Source of the DNA: Mobula hypostoma
Lineage: Eukaryota
Length of the DNA stretch: 64,000 nucleotides
Assembly: GCF_963921235.1 (NCBI RefSeq)
Contig: NC_086108.1
Coordinates: 106,332,001-106,396,000, forward strand
Direction: 5' to 3'
Shown here: piece by piece, positions 51,328 through 63,888 of the stretch
How positions within the stretch are numbered: position 1 is the first letter of the stretch
Layout: the number at the start of each line of letters is the position of its first letter
Made by a program: the position numbers and the translations under genes
The notes under the pieces: generated by a model
The model's input: only the letters and a program-made list of their open reading frames with translations
Told to the model about the DNA's origin: nothing
Database searches by the model: none

Positions 51328-51976
51328 GCGACACACTCAAAATGCTGGAGAAACTCAGCAGGCCAGGCAGCATCTATGGAAAACAGTAAACAGTTGATGT
51401 TTCAGGCTGAGACCCTTCATCAGGACTGGTAAGGAAGAGGAAAATTCAGAATAAGAAGGTGGTGGGGAGGGGAGGAAGTAGTATATGATAGGAAGGAGAT
51501 AATTGAAGCTGGGAGAGGGGGAGGTGGTGAAGTAAAGAGCTAGGAAGTCGATTGGTGAAACAGATAAAGGGTTGGAGAAGGGGGTATCTGATAGGAGAAT
51601 ATAAAAGACCATAGAATAAAGGGAAGGGAGAGGAGCACCAGATGGAGGTGATGGGTAGGTAAGGAGATAATGTGACAGAGGAAAACAAGATGAGGAATGG
51701 TGAAGGAGAGGAGGGGGCATTTACCAGAAGTGTTAGAAATCTATGTTCATGCCATCAGGTTGGAGGCTACCCAGACAGAATATAAGGTGTTGCTCCTCCA
51801 ACCTGAGTGTGGCCTCATCGTGGCAGTAAAATAAAAATAGGTAGCCACTGTGAGATCCTGCTTTTTGTGGTGGATGGAGCGAAGGTGTTCTATGATGCCA
51901 TTTCCCAACGTACGTTGGATCTCCCTGATATATAGGGTGCCACACCGGGAACACCAGATGCAGTAGGTGACTCCCA
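51328..51976 (-). mobile_element. PLE GIY-YIG C-terminus + 3' end with decayed hammerhead (51392-51427)
   Basis: 'VTYCIWCSRCGTLYIREIQR..EHL', 'LRLEEQHLIFCLGSLQPDGMNIDF'. Confidence 0.85.
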
Positions 51977-52703
51977 TGTTTATGTTTAAACCTCCGCTTT
52001 AAATATACCCAATGACTTGGTCTCCACAGCTGTCTGTGGCAATGAATTCCACAGATTTACCATCCTCTGGCTAAGGAAATATTTCCTCATCTCTGTTCTA
52101 AAGGGTCATTCTTTTATTCTGAGGCTGTGCCCTATGGTCCTAGAATCCACCCTTCCCCACCAATGGAACCATCCTCTTCACGCCCACTTCATGGAGTCCA
52201 AAGCATCTTGGCTAAATCTGTCAAAGTTAAATTTACTATCAAAGAACGGATACCGTATATTTCCATGTATTACCTTGGGATTCATTTTATTGCAGGTATT
52301 AAAGGAAAATAAAAAAAACAAGAATTTTTTGAAAAACTGTACACAAAGACTGAAAACAGTCAATGTGCAAAAGAAGTCAAACTGTGCAAATAAGAAATAA
52401 ATAATACTGAGAACATGAGCTGCAGGCTCAAGACTTGTAGAATCCTGTAGGGTCTGTAGGTTGTGATTGAGCTGAGTGAAGTTATGCACATCGGTCAGGA
52501 GCCTGATGGTAATAACTGTTCCTGAACGTGCTAATTTGGGACCTAAGGCTCCTGTACCTCCTTCCAGATGGTAGTAGTGAGAAGACCGCATGGCCTTTAG
52601 AGATGGATGTTACTTTCTCGTGGCAGCACTCCATTCAGTGGTGGATGTAGGTGGATTGATAAACACTTTCTTCTGAAGATGAACTTTATTTGTCACATGT
52701 ACT

Positions 52704-53169
52704 TCTTCTTCTTCATGTGCCTTGCACGTTACACGCTTGGGCGATCATGGCTTTCCACATCGAACAATCCCACACGGCGTCAATGATATCTTGCACACCC
52801 AACTCTGTTAGTTCTTTCACAGTGTCCATATATTTACTTCTTTGCCTTCCTCTCCCGCGTTTCCCAGGCATATGTCCTTGTAATGTAAGGCATTCTATTT
52901 CTTCCTTTCTGATGACATGGCCCAGGAATTTAAGTTTCCTCTCATTTAATGTCCTCACTAAATATCTTTTTGTATGGGTACATTGGAGTACTGTCTCATT
53001 AGTTACCCTATCTCTATATGACATTTTCAGCATTCTTCTAAGAAACCACATTTCTGTTGCTTCTTAGTTTCTTTGGAGTTCTGGCGTTATAGTCCATGTT
53101 TCGGAAGCATACAGGAAGATTGACCAGATGTAACATTCTAGTAGCCTAAGCCTTGTTGTTATAGAAATG
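52704..53169 (-). mobile_element. RTE-clade LINE 3' fragment
   Basis: 'MWFLRRMLKMSYRDRVTNETVL..RKLKFLGHVIR..GKRGRGRQR'; (GAA)n tail; 13-bp TSD tgtcacatgtact at 52691-52703 and 53170-53182. Confidence 0.9.
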
Positions 53170-53644
53170 TGTCACATGTACTGTACATCAAAATATCGAA
53201 ACATACAATGAAATGTGAAGTTTTGTGTCAGTGGCCAACACAGTCCGAGGAGTGTGCTGGGGGCAGCCTGCAAGTGTCTCCATGCTTCCAGTGACATCAA
53301 AGCATGAATCTAATTAAGAAGAGCAGATATCACTCGCCCTGAACCAACATCTACATATTTTGCTTAGGTACTTTGAGTCGTATGTTCGGAGAGTGATAGA
53401 ACTTGAGAGAAGTCCCTTCGGCCCATTAGGGACCATGCTGACCATCAAGCACCCGTTTACACAAATCCTAATTTATATTCTCCTCATGTTTCCAGCAACT
53501 CCGCCCAGGTCCCAGCACTCACCTACACACCTGGGACGCCTAATTAATCCCCGATCCACGATGTGGGACAAAACCAGAGAATCGAGAGGAAACCTTCATG
53601 GTCGTAGGTGTCACCAATTTTTTATATATTGTCATTTATAAATG

Positions 53645-54478
53645 TGAGAAAGTCTGCAGATGCTGGAAATCCAGAGCAACACACATAAATTGCTGGTGGG
53701 ACTCAAAAGGTCAGGCAGCATCTATGGAAATGAATAAACAGTTGACATTTTGGGCTGAGACATTTCCTTAGTGATGGAAAGGAAGGGGGTAGACACTAGA
53801 ATAATAAAGGTTGGGCGGGGGGAGGAGATTGAGGATAGCTGGAAGGTGATAGGTGAAGCCAGGTGGGTAGGAAAGGTAAAAAGCTGGAGAAGAAGGAATC
53901 TGATAGAAGAGGAGAGTAGACCAAGGAGAAAGAGAAGGAGGAGGAGACATGAGGGGGGGTGGGGAGTCATAGTCATAGTCATAGTCATACTTTATTGATC
54001 CCGGGGGAAATTGGTTTTCGTTACAGTTGCACCATAAATAATAAATAGTAATAAAACCATAAATAGTTAAATAGTAATATGTAAATTATGCCAGGAAATA
54101 AGTCCAGGACCAGCCTATTGGTTCAGGGTGTCTGACCCTCCAAGGGAGGAGTTGTAAAGTTTGATGGCCACAGGCAGGAATAACTTCCTATGATGCTCTG
54201 TGTTGCATCTCGGTGGAATGAGTCTCTGGCTGAATGTACTCCTGTGCTCACCCAGTACATTATGTAGTGGATGGGAGACATTGTCCAAGATGGCATGCAA
54301 CTTAGACAGCATCCTCTTTTCAGACACCACTGTCAAAGAGTCCAGTTCCATCCCCACAACATCAACAGAGGTAGTGATAGGCGGTGAGGAAAGGTGAGAA
54401 GCCAGTGTGGGGAAAAGAAAAGGAGGGAAGCGGACAGGAACGAAAATATTGCAAGTTCATGCCATCAGGTTGGAGGCA
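53645..54478 (-). mobile_element. PLE 3' fragment split by a Rex1/Babar 3' end (53967-54363)
   Basis: PLE arm 'gcagatgctggaaatccag'; the insert is near-identical to 27786-28165 with an (ATGACT)n tail. Confidence 0.8.
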
Positions 54479-56119
54479 CAGTTCATAAGGGCAATTGAGC
54501 ACAGTTCAGAGGGGCAATTCAGGACCCCGTCACACCCCCTTCCTTCAGAGAGAAAAAAAATTTTGACGAAGGTGAAAGTTTTTTGTTTTGGTCTAAGTGT
54601 AAATTACAGAGTTTGAAACAATACAGGTATGATCATCAGATGACAGAGTAAAAACGTGTACAATTTCCAGCTTAACATCAGGATAAACAATCAGCTATAA
54701 TACTGTCAGTATTTTTCACGTTTGATTTTTAAGTCACATTCTTGCAATATCAGACTCCAATTTAACAATTTACTTATTATTATTGTATATTACACTGTAC
54801 TGCTGCCACAAAACAACAAATGTCATGACATTTGCCAATGATATCAAACCTGATTCTGATTCTCATAGGGAGAAACACACACAAAATGCTGGAGGAACTC
54901 AGGAGGTCAGGCAGTGCCTATGGAGTGAAATGAACAGTCGATGTTTTGGGACAAATTCCTCCAGCATTTTGTATGTGTCAATTTAGATTTCCAGCATCTG
55001 CAGAATTTCTTGTGTCTGTGCTTACAAGGAGACAGTGCATACTCCAGAGCCAACACCCAAGATTAGGATTAAACTCGTGTCTCTTGCATTGTGAGACCGT
55101 GATGCTAATCATTTTGCTATCCTTGATCCATGGAAGCCTAATTCTGTTTTTGGTTATATTACCAATGTGATTTTGGTACAGGAGTATTCTATTAACTTAA
55201 GTGTGACCTAAGCCATCCCCGAATGGAGATTGGTGCAGTGTGATTTTTTTTTGAGTAGGAATGCCGCACTGCCTATGTCTGAAAGGAATGATTGAGACAT
55301 TGAAGACTGTGAAAGGAATTGACAGGGTGGATGATGAGAAGATATTTCCTCAGGCTTAAGCGTTGGGAATCTGGGGACACAGACTCAAGATAAGTATTAG
55401 CTTGTCTGCCAACTGCTCCAAATGTGACTAAAATTAGATGGTACAGTAAAGGAATGAGTAATGATTTGCAAGAGTTTTGCAGGATAATATATTTCTGTTA
55501 AGACTGTTATGATTGCTCCTGGCGACCATGTACTATTTTGAGTAACGTGGCTTATTCTCAGTGGGGGTTTGGAGGAATGAGATATGATGTTATTGAGACG
55601 TACACGATTCCAACATGGTGCGTACTGACAGGCAGCTTCCTTAGGGTGGGGAATCTCATTCCAAGGGATATGGTATCATGATATGGAGTCAGCCTTTTAG
55701 GATGGGGAGAAGTTTCTCATAGTAATTCTTCTTTTGGAATTCTCACCCCCAGAGGGTTGAGGGTACTCAGTCATCATTTAGTTGGGAGGTCTAGGAATAG
55801 AACATTCAACATAGAACAGTACAACACAGTACAGTACTTGTTTTGTTTTTATTTAGACCCACAGTGCGGAATAGACCCTTCTACCCCTCGACCTATAGTG
55901 CCCAGCTACCCACCCACGTAACCATAGCTTAATCATGGAACAATTTACAACGACTAATTAGCCTACCAATTGATGCATCTTTGGACTATGGGAGGAAACC
56001 AGAGCACCTGGAGGAAACGCACACACTCACAGGAAGAAATGTACAAAACTGCTCACAGAAGACACTGGAATTGAACTCTGAACTGAGGCCCCGAGGTAGC
56101 TGCTACTCTACCATGATGC

Positions 56120-58310
56120 CTTCCAGCTTACAATGTTGTACCAACCTTTCAACCTAATCCAAGACCAATCTAGCCCTTCCCTCACACATAGCTCTCCATT
56201 TTTCTTTTATCTGAGTTTCTTAAACCTCTCTAATATATTTGTCTCTAATTCCACTCCTGGCAGCGCGTTCTAGCACTTAACCAGTCACTGTATGAAAAAA
56301 ATCTACTTCTGATATCCCCCCAAAACTTCCCTCCAATCACCTTAAAATTCTGCCTCCCTTGTATTAGCCATATTTGCCCGGAGAAAAAAATAAATGCCCG
56401 CAGTTTACTCTTATTATTTTAATATCTTGTATGCTTCTCTCAAATCACCTCTCACCCTCCTGTCATGGTCCGGTCCATGAAGTCTGCATTCTGGTTCACG
56501 GTCCGGTCCATCAACCCTTGCTCCAGGTTTTCCTGTCTACCCTGTTTCTGTTCCTGTTGAGCACTAATTGAGGCAGCTGATTCTCGTTGAGGCTGGCTGC
56601 ATAAATACCTTCAGAGACCAGGGCGTGGCTGCTGGATTGTTCTTGTCCTTACTCCTTGTATCCCTTCCCCTGCCTTCTGTTTCCTTGCCTAAAGCCCTGT
56701 CTTATCTTGCCAGTAACTCTCACCTCGCCTGAAGTTCTTGTCTCGCCTTGCATTGCCTGAAGCCTTGCCTTGTCTTGCTGGTAACTCTCACCTCGTCTCG
56801 CCTGCAATCTTGTCCTGGAGCCACCCTGTACCTAGCTCCCTTCCTGTCCCTTGCCTCCGTTGGGTAAGCCAGGCCGTATTGCCATTACCTCCGGTTGGTT
56901 CTGTCCCTTCCTGCCCCTTGCCTCCGTCGGGTGGAGTACTGCGCCCTGCCCAGGGATCTGTGCCCTGCCCAGGAGTACTGCGCCCTGCCCAAGAGGAGCA
57001 TCAAGATCCTAAGCCTCGAGCCTCGCCCCAAGCCTCAAGCCTCTAGTCTCAAGCCTCACCCCAATTCTCTACTCTCAAGCCTCTTATCTCAAGCCTCGCC
57101 CCAATTCTCTAGTCTCAAGCCCTGCCCCAATTCTCTAGTCTCAAGCCTCACCTCAAGCCTCTGAGCTCAAGCCTCACCTCAAGCCTGTGGCCTCAGGCCT
57201 CGTATCAAGCCCAGCCTCGCCTCAAGCCTCAAGACCCCGAGCCAAGCCTGTCCGGCAGCCAAATCATGTCCTTGCCTAGCTCTGGGGTCTGAGCCAGAGG
57301 CAAGACCCAGGTTCTGGGTCCTTGTCCAGTCCCTGGCTCCTAGCTCTCTTGTCCAGTCCTGTTCCGGGTTGTCGGTTTTCTTGTCCATGTCCTACCCCTC
57401 ATTCTGTATCCTAGTCCTGTCCCTAGTACTTCAGTGTCCGTGTCTTGCACTTGGGTCCGTTCCCAGCCACCTCCTTATGACATCTCCTTTGTTTCAAAGA
57501 GGAAAACCCTAACTCACTTAGCCACTCCTCATAAAACATGTCCTCTAATGCAGGGACCATCCTGGTAAATCTTCTCTGCACCCTGTCTGAAGCTTCCACA
57601 TCCTTTCTATAATGAGGAGTCGAGACAGAACACAATACTTCAAGTGTGGTCTCTAGAGCTACAACAATACCTTAAGGCTCTTGAACTCAATTCCACAACT
57701 AATGAAGGCCAGTGCAGCATACACGTTCTTACTCATCTTACCATCTTAATGTGATTTTTAGATGTGGACCCCATGATTCCTCTGTTTCTCCACACTACTA
57801 CAAATCTTGCCATTAAACTTTTGTCTCAGCCTTCAAAATTGATTTCAAAAGTGAACCTCTTCATGCTTTTTTGGTTTGAACTCCATTGCCTCATCTCAAC
57901 CCAGATTTACATTCTGTCAATGACCTATTTTAACCTACAGCAACCTTTTGCGCTATCCACAACTCCACCAACCTTTGTGTCATCTGCAAACTTACTAACC
58001 AATTCTTGCACTTCCTCAACCAATTCATTTATAAAAGTCACAAAGAGCTGGATTTCCAGAACAGATCCCTGCAGAACACCACTGATCACCGACCTCCGGG
58101 CAGAATGCACTCTACCTACTACAACCCTCAGCTGTCTATGGGCAAGCCAGTTCTGCATCCGTACAGGCCTAGTTTCCCTGGATCCCATGCCTCCTGACTT
58201 TCTGAAAGAGCCAACCATAGGGAACCTTACCAAATGCCTTACTAAATCTACACATACCACATCCACTGCTCTACCTTCATCACCTTGAAGAATTCAATCA
58301 GGCTTGTGGG
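56120..58310 (-). mobile_element. Decayed CR1 RT/3' end interrupted by a solo LTR
   Basis: '[15 protein letters not shown]', '[20 protein letters not shown]'. Confidence 0.8.
56461..57482 (+). mobile_element. Solo LTR (~1 kb) with internal short tandem repeats
   Basis: TGTCAT...ATGACA termini; 5-bp TSD cctcc/tctcc; TATA-like 'cataaata' ~56600; CAAGCCT repeats 57010-57250. Confidence 0.75.
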
Positions 58311-58499
58311 ACCTCAGGTGCGAAAATAATAGGCAGGCTCAGCCTCATCTTATTCAGAATCAGAATCAGATGTAATATCAATGGCATATTTCACAAAATT
58401 TGTTGTTTTATTGCAAAACATAAAAAACTATAAATTACTATAAGAAATATACATACATAGCAAATACATGCAAATATGTATATGAGGGTGCTGTTTACT

Positions 58500-59603
58500 G
58501 AGTATAGCTCAGCATTTAACATCATCATTCCTACAGCCATGGTCAGAAGTTACAGAACCTAGGCGTTTGCAACTGGATCCTCGAATTCCTAAACAGAAGT
58601 GCAGATTGGAAACCTCACTGACAATCAACCCTGGTTCACCACAGGGGTATGTGTTTAGCCACTGCTCTACTCTCTCTACATCCATGACTGTGTAGCTAGG
58701 CACAACTCAAATGTCATCTGTAAATTGGCTGATGATGATACAACTATTGTTAGCAGAATTCAAGATGGTGATTAAAGGGCATACAGGAGCGAGATGTACG
58801 TTAGTTGAGTGATGTCGCAGCGACAACCTTGTGCTCAACGTCAGCAAAACCAAAGAGTTGATTGTGGGCTTCAGGAAGGGTAAGAAGAGGGAACACACAC
58901 CATTCCTCATAGAGGGATCAGAAGTGGAGTGAATGAGCAATGTTCCAGGTTTTCAATATCTCTGAGGACCTAACCAAGTCCCAACATATTGATGCAGCTA
59001 TAAAGAAGGCAAGACAGCAGCTGTACTTCATTTGGAATTTGAGGAGATTTGGTTTGTCATCTAAAACACTCGAAAACTTCTCCAAATGTACCATGGAGAA
59101 CATTCTGACTGACTGCATCATTGTCTTGTATGGGGGGGGCGGGATGTGGCTACTGCACAAGATAAAAGTAAGTTGCAGAAACTTGTAAAATTAGTCAGCT
59201 CCATCATGGTACTAGCCTCCATAGTATCCAAGATACCTTCAAGGAGCACAGCCTTAGGAAGGCAGCATTAAGGACCCCCATCACCTAGGACATGCCCTCT
59301 TCTCATTGTTACCGTCATGAAGGAGGTACAGAAGCCTGAAGGCACACACTTAGCGATTCAGGAACAGCTTCTTCCCCTCTGCTCCGATTTCTAAATAGAC
59401 ATTGAACTCATGAACACTACCTCACTACTTTTTTATTTCAGTTTGTTATTTTGAATGACTTATTTTAGCTTAACGGTTTAATAGACATATATATTTAATG
59501 TAACTATTTTTTCTCTATATTTATTTATTATGTATTTCATTGTACTGCTGCCATAAAGTGAACAAATTTCACAACATTTGCCGGTGATATTAAACCTGAT
59601 TCT
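58500..59603 (+). mobile_element. Rex1/Babar-like RT and 3' end, decayed
   Basis: 'aaaaccaaagagttgattgtgg' (KTKELIV), 'KKARQQLYF..LRRFGLSSKTL'; tail 'taaacctgattctg'. Confidence 0.8.
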
Positions 59604-60216
59604 GTTATAAAATTAAATTAAATAGGCAGTGCAAAAATAAAACAAAAAAAGTGATGTAGTGTTCGTGAATCAGCTCATTGTTCATTCAGAGATGTGATGG
59701 TGGAGGGGGAAGAAGTCATCCTAAAATATTGAGTGTGCATCTTCATGGTCTCCTCTCTAATGGTGGCAATGAAAAGAAAGTTCTTCCATTCCACACCTTG
59801 AGTAGCAGTTGTCTTTTTTTTCACGAGGCTAAGTTGTTAGCTCAACACTCAACCCAGCACAGATGGAAAGCATGCAAGGAACCGGCTGGATGTGAACCCA
59901 GGACCATTGGCCTCAAAGTCCAGTGCAGGTACCACTACACCACCAGCCAGCTATGTCCTATGTGATGGAAGGCATTAATGATGGATGCTGCCTTTTGGAG
60001 CCATCACCTTTTTGAGGATATTCTTCATGCTGTGGAGGTAGGTTGTAATTGGCCAGAGAATGATGGCTAGCTCTTGTGTGGTTGAAAGGCTTAGGGACTT
60101 TCTGGATGTTATGAAACTGAACTAATGAATTGGAGAATTCAGAGCTGGAGGTTGGCCAAACCATGTGTCAATTAAATTCAGTGGAGAGACTTGTAAACAG
60201 TTGCATTTGTACTCAC

Positions 60217-60255
60217 AAAGTTCCAAGAATACTCTATTATTAAATAAAAAGAGTC
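60217..60255 (-). CDS. Candidate 39-nt exon (DSFYLIIEYSWNF or xLFLFNNRVFLEL)
   Basis: Acceptor 'ttttctttgtttatgctgtgttactctag|', donor TTT|GTGAGT; frame-preserving length; unique sequence. Confidence 0.4.
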
Positions 60256-61755
60256 CTAGAGTAACACAGCATAAACAAAGAAAAGATCATAAACACAAGA
60301 GATGCTGCAGATGCTGGAATTCCACAGCAACACACAAAAAATGCTAGAGGAACTCAGCAGGCCAGGCTGTAAAGGAATAAACAGTCAATGTTTCAGGCTG
60401 AGGCCCTTCATCAGGAGAGTTGAAGATTTGGGCCGAGACCTTTCATCAAGAGTAGATTTGTATTATTTGTCACGTGCACATCGAAGCATTGAAACATGCA
60501 GTGAAATGTGTCACTTGTGTCAATAACCAAGGCAGTCCCAGGATCATGCAAGGGCAGCCTGCACGAGTCGTTACACATTTCCAGTACCAGCATAGCCTGC
60601 CCACAACTCACTAACCCTAGTCTGTACAGAGTTTAGAATGTGGGAGGAAACTTGAGCACCCAGGGCAAACTTACGCAGTCACGGTGAGAACTTACAAACT
60701 CCTTACAGACAGCAGTGGGAATTGAATCCCAATCAGTGTTCTTTTGGACTGTTGTATTGACATGGCTCTTACGAAAGGACAATCCAGTTACTGACTTCCC
60801 TCATTTTCTCTCTGCCCTCTGCATACCCTGCAACTATTTATCCAACTGGTCTTCAAAGGCCGAATACAAGTACTGTCGATCTTTCAGTATGGTAGCATAA
60901 CGGTTAGCGTAACACAATCACAGCACCAACAAGCCCTGGTTCAATTCCTGCAGCTTTCTGTAGGGAGTTTGTACGTTCTCCCTGTGATCATTGGGTTTCC
61001 TCTGGGTGCTCCGGTTTCCTCCCACATTCCAAAGACTGATGGGTTAGTAGGTTAATCGGTCACATTGGTGTACTTGGACGGTGTTGGGCTGGAACTCTGA
61101 GTTCTAGATTCTCTGAAAAGGGGAAGCAACATCTCCACATCTGCTCTCCTGAGACCTCTCAGGATGGCGGTCAGCATGGATATGATGGGCAGATTCAGAT
61201 TCATTTGTATGTCATACACACATATCGAAACATGCAGTGAGATACATTGTTTACGTTAACAACCAACAGCATCAATGGATATGCTGAGGCAGCCTGCAAA
61301 TATCAGCACACAGTCTGGCGTCAACATAACATACCCACAATGCTCCGCAGAACAATACGGAACACCACATCCCGCCCTCCCACCAATACACCCACACAAG
61401 CAGGCAGTCCTCCAACTCCAGGGCAGGTCTCCAGGCCTTCAGCCTCTTGCCTCCAAGCCTTTGACGTCCTTACTTCTAATCATCCATCAGGCTTCAGTCT
61501 TTGGTATTGAACCCCAGACTAGATGAGGGTGGGACCCCTGAATTCTAGGCTCACCAAATGACATTCCACAGATGTATGGGATAGTAAGTTAATTGGTCAC
61601 ATAGGTGAAATAGGGTAACACAGACTCGTTGGACCAGAAGGGCCTGTTACTCTGCTGTATCTCTAAAATCAAGAAATAAAACTCATTGTGCAAAAGGAAA
61701 ATATTCCTCAGGTTGCCTATTGTTCATTCATTTGTCAATTTCCTTAAATCTTTAC

Positions 61756-61798
61756 CTGGAGGAGTGTTGAGAAAGGGCCAGTAGATAATAAATTCATG
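61756..61798 (-). CDS. Candidate 43-nt exon (xMNLLSTGPFSTLLQ or HEFIIYWPFLNTPP)
   Basis: Donor CAG|GTAAAG; first AG after a pyrimidine tract; both open frames continue in frame into 60217-60255. Confidence 0.3.
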
Positions 61799-61880
61799 CT
61801 TTCACATCAGTGTTCAGAGACATTGAAAAGAGAAAATGAGATTCTGGGATATGCACTTTGGTTGTTTATCTCTGAGTGAC

Positions 61881-61907
61881 TGAGTGTGGTGGGTGTGTTT
61901 GTGTGTT

Positions 61908-61950
<43 letters not shown>

Positions 61951-61979
61951 TGTGTGTGGTGTGTGTGGTGTGTGTGTGT

Positions 61980-62017
<38 letters not shown>

Positions 62018-62073
62018 TGTGTGTGTGTGTGTGGTGTGTGTGTGTGTGAGTGTGGTGGGTGTGTTTGCGTGTT

Positions 62074-62109
<36 letters not shown>

Positions 62110-62113
62110 GTGT

Positions 62114-62150
<37 letters not shown>

Positions 62151-62535
62151 TGTGTGGTGTGTGTGTGTGTGTGTGTGTGGTGTGTGTGTGTGTGAGTGTG
62201 GTGGGTGCGTTTGCGTGTTTATGTGTGTGTGTGTGTGTGAGTGTGTGTGTGTGTGGTGTGTGTGTGTGAGTGTGTGTGTGTGGTGTGTGTGTGTGTTGTG
62301 TGTGTGAGTGTGTGTGTGTGTGTGTGTGAGTGTGTGGTGTGTGTGTGTGTGTGTGTGGTGTGTGTGTGTGTGAGTGTGGTGGGTGTGTTTGCGTGTTTAT
62401 GTGTGTGTGTGTGTGTGTGTGAGTGTGTGTGTGTGTGGTGTGTGTGTGTGAGTGTGTGTGTGTGGTGTGTGTGTGTGAGTGTGTGTGTGTGAGTGTGTGG
62501 TGTGTGTGTGTGAGTGTGTGTGTGTGAGTGTGTGT

Positions 62536-62569
<34 letters not shown>

Positions 62570-62817
62570 TGTGTGTGTGTGTGGTGTGTGTGTGTGAGTG
62601 TGTGTGTGTGAGTGTGTGTGTGAGTGTGTGTGTGTGTGGTGTGTGTGTGTGAGTGTGTGTGTGTGAGTGTGTGGTGTGTGTGTGTGAGTGTGTGTGTGTG
62701 GTGTGTGTGTCTGTGTGTGTGTGTGAGTGTGTGTGTGTGGTGTGTGTGTGTGTGGTGTGTGTGTGTGAGTGTGTGTGTGTGGTGTGTGTGTGTGTGTGTG
62801 TGTGAGTGTGTGTGTGT

Positions 62818-62851
<34 letters not shown>
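61881..62851. repeat. Compound (GT)n microsatellite, ~970 bp, with higher-order repeats
   Basis: (GT)n broken by GGT/GAG; motif 'tgagtgtggtgggtgYgtttgYgtgtttat' recurs at ~61881, 62047, 62193, 62371. Confidence 0.98.
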
Positions 62852-62852
<1 letters not shown>

Positions 62853-62926
62853 TGCTTTTCATTGATTCTATTTTCTTTCTTTGTTCTGCTGTGAATGCCT
62901 GCAAGGAAATGATTCTCAAGGTTGTC

Positions 62927-63702
62927 CAGTACTGTGCAAAAATATTCAGCATAGATATGTAAATAGGGTGCCTAAGACTTTTGCACTGTACTATAAATGG
63001 TAAAGAGATTTGCTCGCTGGTGATCTCAATGCATGGAGTTAGGTGAATATAACAGGTATTCATTCAAATAAGAACCAGACACCAGTTCTTAACATAAATT
63101 GTAAATTGCAAGCAGTAAATTGAAGTTACAATACCGTACAAAACCCTTAGGCACCCTAGCTATATATACAGTATTGTGCAAACATCTTAAGCACATAGAT
63201 ATAGCCAGTGTATCTAAGACTTTTGCACAGTACTGTAGTAATTTTATGCATTACACTGAATTGCTGCCACAAAAAAAAACAAATTTCATGACATACGTAA
63301 GTGATGATAAACCTGATTCTGATATGGGTCTCTATTGAGAGTGGGAAGGGGGCAGGGAGAGGGAAATCATGGTTGGGAAGAGGGGAAGGGAGAGGGAGGG
63401 TGCAGAAAGCACCAGAGAGACATTCTGCAATGACCAATTAGCCAATTGTTTGGAATCAAATGACCTTGCCTGGTGTCTCAGGGCTGGGTGTGTCTGTACC
63501 TTGCCACCTCCTGCCCTGGCACTCCTTCTCTGCCACCCGTCCCACACCCCTCCCGTGGCACTCCACGTTCACGATTCCCAACATCCTTTGCTCCCACCAG
63601 ATTTACAAACTTGCTCTTCCCTCCATGTTGACGAATACAGTACTGTGCAAAAATCTTAAGCACACTAGTATACATATTGCCTAAGACTTTTACACAGTAC
63701 TG
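62927..63702. mobile_element. Composite of Tc1-type MITE units bracketing cargo DNA
   Basis: MITE units at 62927-62993, 63129 (half), 63169-63235, 63638-63702; flanks 'gattctcaaggttgt' / 'tatatggtgacaaatatgtactttg' rejoin as one Rex-type tail. Confidence 0.65.
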
Positions 63703-63806
63703 TATATGGTGACAAATATGTACTTTGATAATAAATTTATTTTGAACTTTGAAATTTGATATTAAGAAATGAATATAGTATGAACAAAGAGGGGTGATAC
63801 TCTCAC

Positions 63807-63888
63807 TTTACAAATCATGGGTGCTATTGTGCTTAGAGTATTGAGTACAGTCTTGGCTATCAAAGTGCAATATCCTTTTGAGGGGATA
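63807..63888 (-). CDS. Candidate exon (IPSKGYCTLIAKTVLNTLSTIAPMICK, or YPLKRILHFDSQDCTQYSKHNSTHD with donor at 63812)
   Basis: Acceptor 'cttaatcttcag|'; donors AAA|GTGAGA or TT|GTAAAG; unique sequence; phase-compatible with 61756-61798. Confidence 0.25.

Noticed and set aside
55150..55800. Apparently unique sequence
   Set aside because: Contains recognisable, highly decayed CR1 3' motifs (gacagggtggat..gatatttcct; tggaattctc)
60217..60255. Kinase-like 'FYLIIEY' motif
   Set aside because: Seven residues only; neighbouring candidate exons show no kinase subdomains; reading frame uncertain
61807..63063. 418-aa His/Thr-rich ORF and overlapping Cys/Val ORFs
   Set aside because: Translation of the (CA)n/(GT)n microsatellite, which lacks stop codons; not a gene
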